A DNA stretch of 64,000 nucleotides from Vicugna vicugna (lineage: Eukaryota), in the NCBI GenBank assembly GCA_013265495.1, contig MU058221.1, positions 4,528,001 through 4,592,000 on the forward strand, written 5' to 3'. Below the pieces are notes generated by a model that was not told the DNA's origin, did no database searches, and worked only from the letters and a program-made list of their open reading frames with translations. Position 1 is the stretch's first letter, and each line of letters opens with the position of its first letter. Below are positions 40,801 to 52,800 of the stretch, in pieces. The translations under genes and the position numbers were made by a program.

Positions 40801-43800
40801 ATTCAGCTGCATCTCCTGGACCTCTCATCTCCAGTGCGAACTCCCGGTTCTGGCTCTCGTCATCTCCCCAGTAACAGTTCCTTCCTGGTCACCCTGAGTG
40901 GAGTTTGTCTAACCTCTCCAAGGCCACCTTTGGTCCTATCACTTTGCTCAAAATTCTCCGCTTCCCCTGACCCACAGGACAAAACTCTCAAGGCCTTAGC
41001 CTAGCATGCAAGATTTGTGATGCTCAGGCCCCAGCCTCCTTACACCTTCCTCCTGGAAATTTACCCTTTAGCAAAGTGAACAGCTGGTCATTCCCCAAAC
41101 GTGCGGGGCTGCACCTCGTTCCTGCTCCCTTTGACGGGAATGGCCACCCTGCTCACCTACATGAAATGCCCTCTTCATTCTCCAGGTCTCAGGCAGGCTG
41201 TTGAGGCCGAGAAGATTGCAGGACTGGGCCGGGGAAGGAGGAGACAGTTGGCAGAGGCAGAGGGCAGGAAATCCTGAGCCCAGAAGAGACTGGGAGTGAA
41301 TAAGGCAGAACTCAGGAGAGCAGCAGTCCTAGCAGCAGGATCCAGTAGTCCTTGCCTGCAGGCCCACTGCACAAGTTCTGTGCCCACGTAGGAGTTACGG
41401 GAAAGAATTTACAGATGTCTGGAGAAGGGCTAACTTACATTTTCTCCCCCTTTCCGACAGCTGTCTAGATTCATGTTTGAAGGGCGGGAAATCAAGTTGG
41501 TGACGACCTGCGCAGCCTTCATCACCATGAATCCCGGGTACGCAGGCAGAACCGAGCTGCCGGATAATCTGAAAGCCCTGTTTCGACCGTTTGCGATGAT
41601 GGTTCCAAATTACGCCCTGATTGCAGAGGTGAGCAGCACATCACAGAGCGCCCAGGATTTGAGCTCGTTTCTTTTCTTTACCGTTTGATTCTGTTGTGGT
41701 AGAAAGTTCCCTTTATGACCGCACCCTGGCCGAGGCTGTGTGGTATTGGCCCCTCTTCCGTGTGTGGGTATGATCGCTACCACATAGAATGGTTTGTTCT
41801 CTGTGTGTGTGTGCGTGTAACAGCTGTATCCTAATCATGCCGAGGATTGTATCTGGAATGTAGTAAGCCCCCAAAACTGGAATGAATAAATGAGTTTAAT
41901 TAACTAGTTCACTGGGGTTTACCAGTTCCTCTCTAGGAATTAAAATGTCTAGATTCATTCTAAAAATATGGTGGTATTCTCGCTTTTCTTTCTGCATTAT
42001 TTTTTTATTAGAGTCAAGGGATGTTGAGCAGAAGGAACACAAATCATTGTGACGGAGGGCAGGGGTTGGTTTCCAGTCTGTATCAGCTTAGTCAAAAACT
42101 AGCAGTCATGGACAAATCACTTATGATTGGATTTGTTCCTTCTGTATCTATTGAGGGATTTTTCTATTTAAACTTTTTTTCCTTCATACTAGCTAAGAAC
42201 CAAGGTAGTTAAATTTTATGTGTATTTTTCTTGGCACTTTTTATTGAGGTATAATTTACATATAGTGAAGTGCACAGATTATAAGGATACAGCTCAGCGA
42301 ATTCTTACACACGTCCTCACCTGTGTGATTACCAAGACCAAACTGTAGGACATTTTCAGGACTCCAGAAGGCCCCTTGTGCTCAGTCAGTGCTGTGTTTC
42401 ACAACAGGGGACACCACCCCGTTCAGAACATAGCTTCTCAGAAAGCACATATGACTCCTATGGCTAGTAAACTCCTGACAACAGCTAATTTAAAATATTC
42501 CTCGGTGTGAAGTAAAAGTAATTACCTAAGAATAGACTAGACCAGGCCAAATCCTATCATTGGAAAAATTACCGTTTTCATGAGTAAAATGCCTACAGCA
42601 TCTCATGAGTCCCCCAGCGCCCCCTGGGGGTAAGGTGGGGTGTGGCAGTTAAGGCAGGTGGTGTGGTCCCTCTAGACCCTCTGTGGGCAGGGATGATGAA
42701 TGACCTGCTTGTTGTCCAGAGCTGGTAGGAGGAAAGCCAGGTTTAGTACTCAGTCCAACCTTGTGCTCGCATCTCGTGTTTTGTCCTGCTGTTACATTAG
42801 TCATGAATGGGAGAAATTTTAAATATCCGGTCTTCTGAGTGCTATTCTTGTCTTCGTCACAGACTGAGTCAGAGCCGTTATCAGTAAAGGTTTTTAATCA
42901 CCCGCAGTTCACAGAGCCCTGCGCTAATAGGTAGCGGCAGAGCAGTGAGCAGAGCAGACCCCACTTGGGAGTCTCCGCATCCTCTCAGAGCTCCCTTCTG
43001 AGGCCCACTGCAGTGAGCTGAGTAGATTATGGACTGGAGGAAGGGGCCACACTCACCTCCACCATCATCACTGATTTATTTAACCAAAGGTGCAGACACT
43101 TGTCAGAGGCAAGACGTCCTCTGAGGGCCCGGGAGAGGCCGCAAACCTTCCCTCGAGCCCCGGGGAGCCTGCAGAGAGCACATCACTGTAACTGACGCTG
43201 TCAGATCAGGGAAGCTCACGTCTTGCGTTTGTGCTCAGGCCTTACGACGCCATCCAGCCTCCACGATGTGAACATTTTCACAGTGGGCTCTGCTGCTCCT
43301 GGACCAGATGTCACCGAGGTCACATCTCCATCCATGGAAGGGAAGCTGAATCAGTGCTCGGGCGTCCCTGTATGATTCCCACCTTCCTCCTTGTGGCACA
43401 GAAAACCCTTTGCCCTTCAGTCCTGACGTTCCTTTGTTACAGGGTGTGACGACTTGGAGAGATGTGACACCTGAAGGAGACTCTGAATGCTCTGGTGCTG
43501 TGTTCACGTGTTGTGAGCAATGTAAGATGACGAGCATCGCACTGCATCTCTCCACTCTAGGTAATCCTGTACTCCGAAGGATTCGAATCCAGTAAGATTT
43601 TAGCGAGGAAGATGACTCAGATGTATAAGCTTTGCAGCGAGCAGCTTTCTCAGCAGGATCACTACGACTTCGGCATGAGAGCCGTGAAGTCCGTGCTGGT
43701 CATGGCTGGGTAAGGAGCCAGAGTGGGCAGCAGTCCAGCTCCAAACCATGTCATCAGATGCATTTAACAAGTAATTCACAGGGGGCAGGGTGTAGCTCAA

Positions 43801-46800
43801 GTGGTAGAGTATATGCCTGGTGTGCACAAGGTCCCGGGTTCAATCCCCAGTACCTCCTCTAAAAAGATAAGTAAATAAATAAACCTAATTACCTCCCCCA
43901 CCCTCTACCCCTACCTAAATTAGTTAAAAAAATTTTTTTTAAGGATTTGTAATTTTAAAAAAACCAACTCACTCACAGATGGCTCTTAAAGCAACACAGT
44001 AGGAGATTAACAAGTGCCAGATGCTGTCATTCTTGTCTTGGAACCACCCCCCCGGCCCCCGCCACTGTGACATGGGGCTCCGATCTTCATCCCACCATGG
44101 TTCTTCACTGTGAGAACCCACATGGCTGCGCCCAGCCCGAACCTGAGTCTCGGCTAGGCTTTGGCAAACGTTTGTTTCCCCTGAACTCGTCCCATGCGGT
44201 AGGTTTTAGTACGAAAGCCTTCACCCCCATAAGACAGGGTGGCTGGACGTAAAAGGCATGCAGTCTGTCATGTGTTTGTTTGTTTGTTTTTAAATTAAAT
44301 TCAGTGTTTTCAAAACTGGAGCTTCACTGGGTTTGGCCTCAGCAGCCTCTTCTTTGCCATCTGCTTAGTTGAGTGGCTTGTGCTGTTTGTCCTCAAATGC
44401 AGACAAACGGCTTTCAGCCCACTGTTCAGAGCTGACTCATGCCTGGAGTGAGTTAGCATTGTCGGCTGGCATCTGCGTGGTGTCGCGAGTGGTCCCTCTG
44501 CTTATGCTTTGTTGCTAGTGAGGGGACACTGGGCTCCAGAAAGGCAGGAGCCCTCGCACCTGGGGGTGGGCGGGCTGTTCGGGACGGTGCCTGCTGGACG
44601 AGGCTTCCCCCCCTCACTGGGACAAAATGGGAAGAGAAGTGTGCCCTTTACCGTGATTTCAGCGTCCACAAAAGCTGCTACAGAGTGCTCTATTCTAAGG
44701 GCTGGCGTGAGAAACTGGGGAAGTAGCTATTAGAAAGATTTGTTTTATTTCAGATTTGTTTCTACTTAATGATTAGCACAAGTTTAACATTCTGGTCGGG
44801 CTATTTGACTTGATAAGAACGGGAGCCCCCAGGGAAATTTCACTACCACCAGAGTCAGCCCTGCGGGTCGCCTGACAAAGCCGGACGCACTGGGAGAAGC
44901 CTCAGTTCCATTGCTCCATCCTCAGTCCGGGCTTCTTTCCTAGACTCCACCTCTGTCTTCACAGTGTGGTCCAAGGCTAAGCTGCTTTCTAGTTCCCAGT
45001 GAAGCAAAAGTCTTTCCTCTCTTCAGGCCCCAACTGCTCTCTTTATAACCTGTGGACACTTTATAACGTGTGGAACCCCCAGCTTGTCCGGAGTCTCTGA
45101 GGGAATCTGTCTTCTCTCTAGTTCTTCCCCTCGGGCCACGACTCACTGGCTCAGGCTCTGCACATCTCTTTAGAGGATGGAGTGACCGAAGGAAAAATAA
45201 GAGCCAGCAAGAGCAGAGCAGAGCATTGTGGGCTGAGAGTGAAGGAAGTCGCAGGGCTATGCATCACCATGATGTACTCAGGGACATGTAAAGACAGGTT
45301 AGATAAAGTCTAGTTTGATGGGGGGAGCTTGAGAAACTGTCCTTGTCATTCTCCTTGAGGCCACATAGCCTGTACCTGACTTGGTCACGTCCTCTCCTGG
45401 AGACGGATGCGGGACACGCGAGGGAAAGTGGTCCTCTCCTTCCGGCAGGAGTCTGCACTGCGGTGCCCTCCACCCTCTCTGCAGGCCGAATCCCTCACCC
45501 ACAGATTTGGAAAATCTCATTCAATACGATGTTCTCACGATGTCATCTGAATTATTCCTTTATATTTAGATCTTTAAAAAGAGAGAACCCAGACCTCAGT
45601 GAAGATGTGGTGTTGATAAGAGCTTTACGAGACTCTAATTTGCCAAAATTCCTAGCAGACGATGCTGTTCTCTTCAGGTAAACGTCTCGATGTTACAGAT
45701 AAAGCCTGGCTGCTGTGTAGAGGTAAAGGGTGGTTGATCTTCAAATATGTCTGTCACTTGTAAGGTAATAACTTTCTCATCATTTCCAGGGATACTTACT
45801 GCAATTTTAAAAATGCAAGCTTCAGATGAAGATGCTACCGATTTTAGCCTCAATCCAGTTGTTTATTTTTTTTTCAAAGTATCGATCACCAAGCTGCATG
45901 CTATGCTATTAAATGTGGCTGCAAGTTTCTGAGCTAAGAGAAATTCCTGACCCAAAAGAAGCAAATTTGAGCCTCAACATAAGTGTGATTGCTTTTATCG
46001 ATTTCTACTTTTATTATTTAGTTTTATGTTTATCCAAGCCACGTATGTATGTAGTTTTAAAAATACAGTGCTGTTATAAAATTACTCTCAGGAAAAACAG
46101 CGCTCCCCTGCCCTTCACTAGCTCCCGCCTCCCAAAGGCAATCACTTGTCAGTTCATGCATTCATTCTTTCATTTTGCTATTTCCCTCCCTGTTGTATAG
46201 GACCATGTTTATGCCATTTCATGATTTTTCAGTTTTAGGTATTACCTAGTAAGTCACTAACAGAGAGAAGAGGATGTGCACATGCCCCCCTCCCCTCCCC
46301 CATCCCCTCTGTGGAGTCACACGGTAGCATAACTGGGGCTAAGTATCCGGGTTTTCCAGAATTTATTACAGAGATAGAAATGTTACCCAGAGCTGAGCTA
46401 CATTTCCCTTGTTATTAAATCATCTAGCCTTTTATCTTCCCTGCATTTATTAACTGTCTTAGTTTTTGTTTTTTATTCCTTCACCTACTTTTCTGTGATT
46501 GATCACTAATTCATTTCCGAATTCCGCGAGTGTAAATCTCAAAAAAAAAAAAAAACTTCAGTTATACACAATATTCTGTCGAATTTGTCTCCTTGGAGCC
46601 CTCTGCTCTCCTCTCTAACCTAGACTGGTTGCCTGCTACCCTTGGGGCGCATCTGTCATTCTGGGATGTCCTTTACGTCCATGTGCCTTTTGTCCACTGT
46701 CAGATCCCCTGTTTCCCAGAACACGTGTCTACTCACTTTTGGCAGAACACAGTGATGAGGGGGAGGGTATAGCTCAAGTGGTAGAGCGCATGCTTAGCCT

Positions 46801-49800
46801 GCATGAGGTCGTGGGTTCAATCCCCAGTACCTCCTCTAAGAATAAATAAATACTAAATAAACCTAATTACCTCCCCCCACCAAAATAAATAAATTCATTA
46901 AATAAACTTAAAAAAAAAACACAACGATGAAAATTCCTCAACATTTATGTTTGCACATTCAGGACATTTCTGGAAGTGAGATTCTGGGAATTATGTTCCC
47001 TAGGTCATAGACAGGAATGGACATGTTTAATTTAGGTAGATCCTGTCGGTATGGCCTCCAAAGACATTTTGCATTTATATAAATAGTTTTGTGAACATGC
47101 CCCTTTCCCTTTATGTGTTTGAGAGGGAGACCAAACATAGTAGCCAACTTTAATATAAATTACTTTAATTATTAGTATCAAGGAGCATCATTTCTGACAC
47201 TCGTTAGTCATTTGAATTCATTTTTCTTAGGGCATCATTCTGTTATGCTCTTTTACGTAGTGATTTGTGGGAACTCATAAACTTCATCTGGTATAAAACT
47301 TGGAAATACTTCTCTAAGTATATCACTCACTCTTTAGGTATAAAGCCTTTTTGCCTCGCAGAAGTTTGGTATTTCCTGGTTTGTTTTTATTTTTCACTGT
47401 ATCATCTTTTTTTAAAGTTATCAAATTTTTGTCCTTCTTAGGTAGACTTTCTTACCAGTGTTGTAAAATGCATCTCTTATATTATCATCAGTACCTTTTT
47501 TTCTTGCTCTTTTTTATTGAAGTATAGTTGATTTACAATATTATATTTGTTTCAGGTCTATAGCATAGTGATTGAATGTTTTGATAGATTATACTCCATT
47601 AAAATTATTATAAAGTATTGGCTACATTCCCTGTGCTGAACAATATATCCTTGTAACTTATTTATTTTATACATAATAGTGTGTACCTCTTAATCCCGTG
47701 CCCTTATCTTGCCCCTCCCCACTTCTCTCTCCCTACTAGTAACCACTAGTTTGTTCTCTCTACTGATGGATCTGGTTTTTTTCTTTCTTTCTTTTTTGTT
47801 ACATTCACTAGTTTGCTTTATTTTTTCAAATCCACATATAAGTGATATCCTACTGCGTTTGTCTTTCTCTACCTGACTTATTTCACTCAGCATAATGCCT
47901 TCCAGGTCCGTCCATATTGTTGCAAATGGCAAATTTTCATTCTTTTTAATGGCTGAGTAATATTTCAATGTATATATATATATGTATACACATACGTATA
48001 CACCAAATATTCTTTATGCGTTCATCTGTTGATGGATACTTCAGTTGCTTCCATATCTCAGCTATTGTAAATAATGCTGCTATGAACATTGAGCATGTAT
48101 CTTTTCAAATTAGTATTTTCATTTTCTTTGGATATATAGCCAGGAGTGGGATTGCTGGATCCTATGGTCATTCTATTTTTAGTTTTTCAAGGACCCTCCA
48201 TACTGTTTTCCATGGTGGCTACATGAGTTTACATTCCCACCATGAGTGTACGAGTGCTCCCTTTTCTCCACATCCTCCCCAACATTTGTTATTTGTGGTC
48301 TTTTTGATGATAGCCATTCTGACAGGTGTGAGGTGATACCTCATTGGAGTGTGGGTATGCGTTTCTCTGAGGACTGGCAGTGTTGATCAGCTTCTCATGT
48401 GCCTGTTGGCCATCTGTATGTCTTCTTTAGGAAAATGTCTATTCAGGTCTTCTGTTTATTTTTTACTTGCGTCTTTTTAATATGGAGTTGTATGAGTTGT
48501 TTATATATTTTAGGTATTAACCCCTTATCAGTCATATCACTGACAAATATTTTCTCCCATTCAGTAGGCTGTCTTTTGTTTTGTCAGTGTTTCCTTTGCT
48601 GTGCAGCTTTTAAGTTTAAGCAGGTCTCCTCTTTTATTTCTCATTTTGCTTAGTTGGGTCCTCCCTCTTTTCTTCTTGAGAAATAAATAAAATTTTTAAG
48701 ATAAACTAATAAATTCATCCCCTTCTGTATGTTTGGTACTATGCCATGTACTGTATATAACAAAATCATAAATAAAAAAAATCTCAAAAATCTCCCAGTA
48801 TACTTAAGAACATTGGTCTACTGTACAGGAAACAAATGAAATCATACACAATTTCAGAGAAATGATAGATTCTGGTATAACACATAGGATTATCTCGGAC
48901 TGCAGACAAAAAGATTAATGAGAAAAATGGAACCAATGATACTGTTTAATCAATTAACTGTAACAAACATGGGGAAATATCAATGACCGGTGGTTTCTAA
49001 CTGATTCTTTTTTCCAGTGGAATTATATCTGACCTTTTTCCTGGAGTCCAAATTCCAGAACATGATTATGGAATATTACAGTCAACAATTATAAATGTCA
49101 TGAATGGACAAAACCTTCAACCTGAGACATGTATGGTTGAAAAAGTGATACAGTTCTATGAAACTATGCTAGTAAGGCATGGTGTCATGTTAGTCGGGCC
49201 AACTGGAGGTGGCAAGACCACAGTTTACCGAATACTAGCAGAAACTTTAGGAAACTTGCGGAAACTTGGTATAGATAATCCCTTTTACCAACCAGTAAAA
49301 ACATATGTTCTTAATCCTAAATCGATTACAATGGGTGAATTGTATGGTGAAGTTAATAACATAACCTTAGAGTGGAAAGATGGTTTGATGGCGCTCAGCG
49401 TCCGAGCAGCTGTGAATGACACTTCCGAGGACCACAAATGGATCATCAGTGATGGGCCAGTGGATGCTCTTTGGATTGAAAATATGAACACAGTCTTGGA
49501 TGATAACAAGATGCTGTGCCTGGCTAACAGTGAGAGGATTAAACTCACGCCTCAAATCCACATGCTTTTCGAGGTAAATATATATTCCTTATTGCAGTAT
49601 GAAACTGTTCATTACGTTGGCATGCCATCGTTAATTGTTTGTCTTGCTGATGTATCATTTATTATCTGTAAGGCCTACCACGATGTTTTGTTTGCATACT
49701 AAATACTATTCAAATTGCCCTTTATAATAATAGATTATAGATTGTCCATTCTGTTAACCAGAAGCCCTGAAATATTCCCATCTCTCTATAAACAAGAAAT

Positions 49801-52800
49801 GCAGTCAATTCTGGCTTCCCCAGCACTTGTTTCTTTTCCTTTGGAGGTGGTTATATATATTGATGTCTTTACACTGTTTGAAATGCTCTCCAAGTTAAAA
49901 ATAATTGTTATTTTTAAGATGAATACATCGTCCTTCTGTGGTGTGAGTATTTGGTGGTGGGCTTGGAAAAGGAATGTGAGCCAAACATAGCTACACAGTG
50001 TTCTGGAAGATAGCACACCCTGCTGCAGTCAGTCATTCATCAAACGTTAATTGAACACCTGCTGTGTCCTAGGTGTTGGGCTGGGCCAGGGTGTAAGAAT
50101 AAAAAAGGTAAAAAGAAAACAAAAGGAAGGGAAAGGAAATAGCTGTACCTCCCGTAAGGATTTGGCAGCATCCTTCTATGCTTACATGTATTTTTTCCCT
50201 CCTATGCCTCACTTAACTTCCCTTCTCCATTTCTAATTACTTATAACCCTTCCAGTCTCTTCTACACACATCCTTACAGTGTAAACGTAAACTTCAAACG
50301 TGTAAACCATTAACGTTAAAGCTGGGGGGATAAAGGAGTATCATATCAACCGTTTCCTGTTCAACTCCCTTCAATTTTAGGTGCAAGATCTAAAGGTTGC
50401 CTCTCCTGCGACTGTCAGTAGATGTGGGATGGTGTTTGTGGATCCCGATGAGCTGAAGTGGATGCCTTACGTCAAAACCTGGATGAGGAGTGTTTCTAAA
50501 AAAGCAAGTGCAGCCGGGCGCTCCCCATTATCTCCGTCTGCCTGGGCTCCCCCCGCCCTCGAGTGCCCGCGTGGCAGTTGGTTAAGGCCTCACTGGGCTT
50601 GACTGAGGGAACCCCAGCCCTGTGCCTAGCCCTCTCCCTGAGATTTCTTGGGATCCTCCAGCAGTGTGATCTGTTCCCCAAGCCTGTCATTGTTTGTTCC
50701 CTCAACCTGCCAGCCTGCCTCCTCGCTCTGGCTTCTGCCTACCCTGCCTGGCTTCTCCCCAGCCTGGGTTCTCTCAAACACAAACACGGACACTTCCTTG
50801 AGTTTCCCCTAAAAAAAAACTTTGCAGAAGGCTTGAGATAATGAGAGGGAAGCACAAGAAGAAAAAAGAGCATTTAAATCCAGGCACTGCCACTGTTTGT
50901 AGATCGTAGGAGCCCCAAACACCACGGAGAGCCAGAAAGAAGAGGAAACCAGTTCACTTCCCACCCACTCTTAGGTCCTTTGCCCGAGACACATTCTAAC
51001 ATCGGCATCAGAGGTACCATTCCACTCAAAGTGAAGGAGAGCTTTTACGTTATCACTCAGAACAGCTCACTTCCATATTATCTTCTGTGCCTTCTCCATT
51101 CCAAAGTAGACTTCCTCTTTACCTTAACAAGCCTTCTTTTTCAGTTTCGCCCCATCTCATCTCAACCCCCGCTCCAAGAGAGCACCATTCTTCTGCCTCT
51201 CCTGCTCCAAAGATGAGTCAGAAAACTATATTGTTTTCTTCATTCTTAGGCGTCAACATTTTAAGAACATTGTGGTCTACTCTCAGAGCAACCTGATGCA
51301 AGCAAGTAATTCTCAGAGTTGAGACTTCATCATGGGCTGCCATAAGATGTTAAATGTTCCTGAGTTCACCTTTTTAATAGACTTTCTAAAATTTTGATTT
51401 ACCTTTATTTTTATTTAGAGCAGTTTTAGGTTTATAGAAAAATGTAACAGAACGTACAGAGAGTTCTCATACGCTTTCTCTCCTCCAAACATAGTTTCCT
51501 CTATTACCAGCATTTTGCTTTGGTGTGGTTGGTACATCTGCTAAGATTGATGAACCAATACTGATGCATTCTTATTAACTGAAGTCCACAGTTTACATTA
51601 CGGTTCACTCTTTGTGCTGTACCACTCTATGTGTTTTGATAAACAAACACTATCGTGTATCCACTATTATGGTATACAAAATAGTTTCGCTGCCTTAAAA
51701 ATCTGTCCTCCACCTGTTCATCCTTCCATACCCTCCCCCAACCCCTGGCAACCGCCGGTTTCTTTACTGTCTCCATAGCTTTCCCTTTTCCGGAATGCCA
51801 TATAGTTGGAACAATACAGTGTGTTTTCAGATCGACATCTTTCACTTAGTAATACGCACTCAGGATTCCTTCACGTCTTTCTGTGGCTTGAGGGCTCATT
51901 TCTTTGGGGCACTGAATGATAGTCCGTGGTGTGCATTTACCAAGTTTATCCATTCGCTTACTGCAGGATATCTCAAAGTTTCCAGCGTTTAGCGATTATG
52001 AATAAAGCTCCTATAAACAGCCACGTACGGCTTTTCGTGTAGGTGTAAGTTTTCAACTCATTTGGGTAAATACCTAGGACCGTGATTGCTGGATCATGTG
52101 GCAGAATCACGTTTAGCTTTGTAAGACAGCTGTCGGTGTGTCTTCCAAGGTGGTTGTGCCTTTTGCACCCCCACCAGCCGTCAGTGAGAGTTCCTGTTGC
52201 TTCGCATCCTCACCAGCGTTTGGTGGTGTGGTGTTTGAGACTTGAGCCGTTCTAATAGGCATGTAGTGGTATCTCGTTGTTGTTTTAATGTGCTGTTTTG
52301 TGATACATGATGTTGAATGGCTTTTATATTGTTTATTCGCCATCTATACCTCTTCTTTGATGAGGTTTCTGTTCAAATCCTTTGCCTACTTTTTATTGGG
52401 TCATCTTATTATTGAGTTTTGAGAGTTCCTTATGTATTTTGGATACAAATTCTTTATCAGATATGTGTTTTGCAAATACTTTCTCCCAGTCTGGCTTGTC
52501 TTCCCATTCTCTTAACCGTGTCTTTCACAGCATACAGCTGTTTAATTTTAATGAAAGCTAATTTATCCATTTTCCTTTCACAGATTGTGCTTTTGTTGTT
52601 AGATCTAAAACCTCATTTCCAAACCTGTCACCAAAATATTCTCTGTTGTCTTCTAGAAGTTTTATGGTTTTGCTTTTTTACATTAAGGTTTATGATCCAT
52701 TTTGAGTTAATTTTTGTGAAAAGCATAAGATCAATGTCTAGATTCTTTTTTTTTTTTTTACCATGTGGACGTCCAACTCCAGCACCATTTTTGGAAACAC

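Noticed and set aside
46759..46835. Genuine tRNA-Ala gene (likewise 12420-12487, 27948-28023, 43781-43857)
   Set aside because: Extra 5' bases, stem mismatches, a family-specific tail, an A tail and a TSD identify these as SINE copies.
47968..48653. Hydrophobic plus-strand ORFs in introns (also 22250..22636, 52419..52850, 53364..53738)
   Set aside because: Typical antisense translations of T-rich L1 sequence, not membrane-protein genes.
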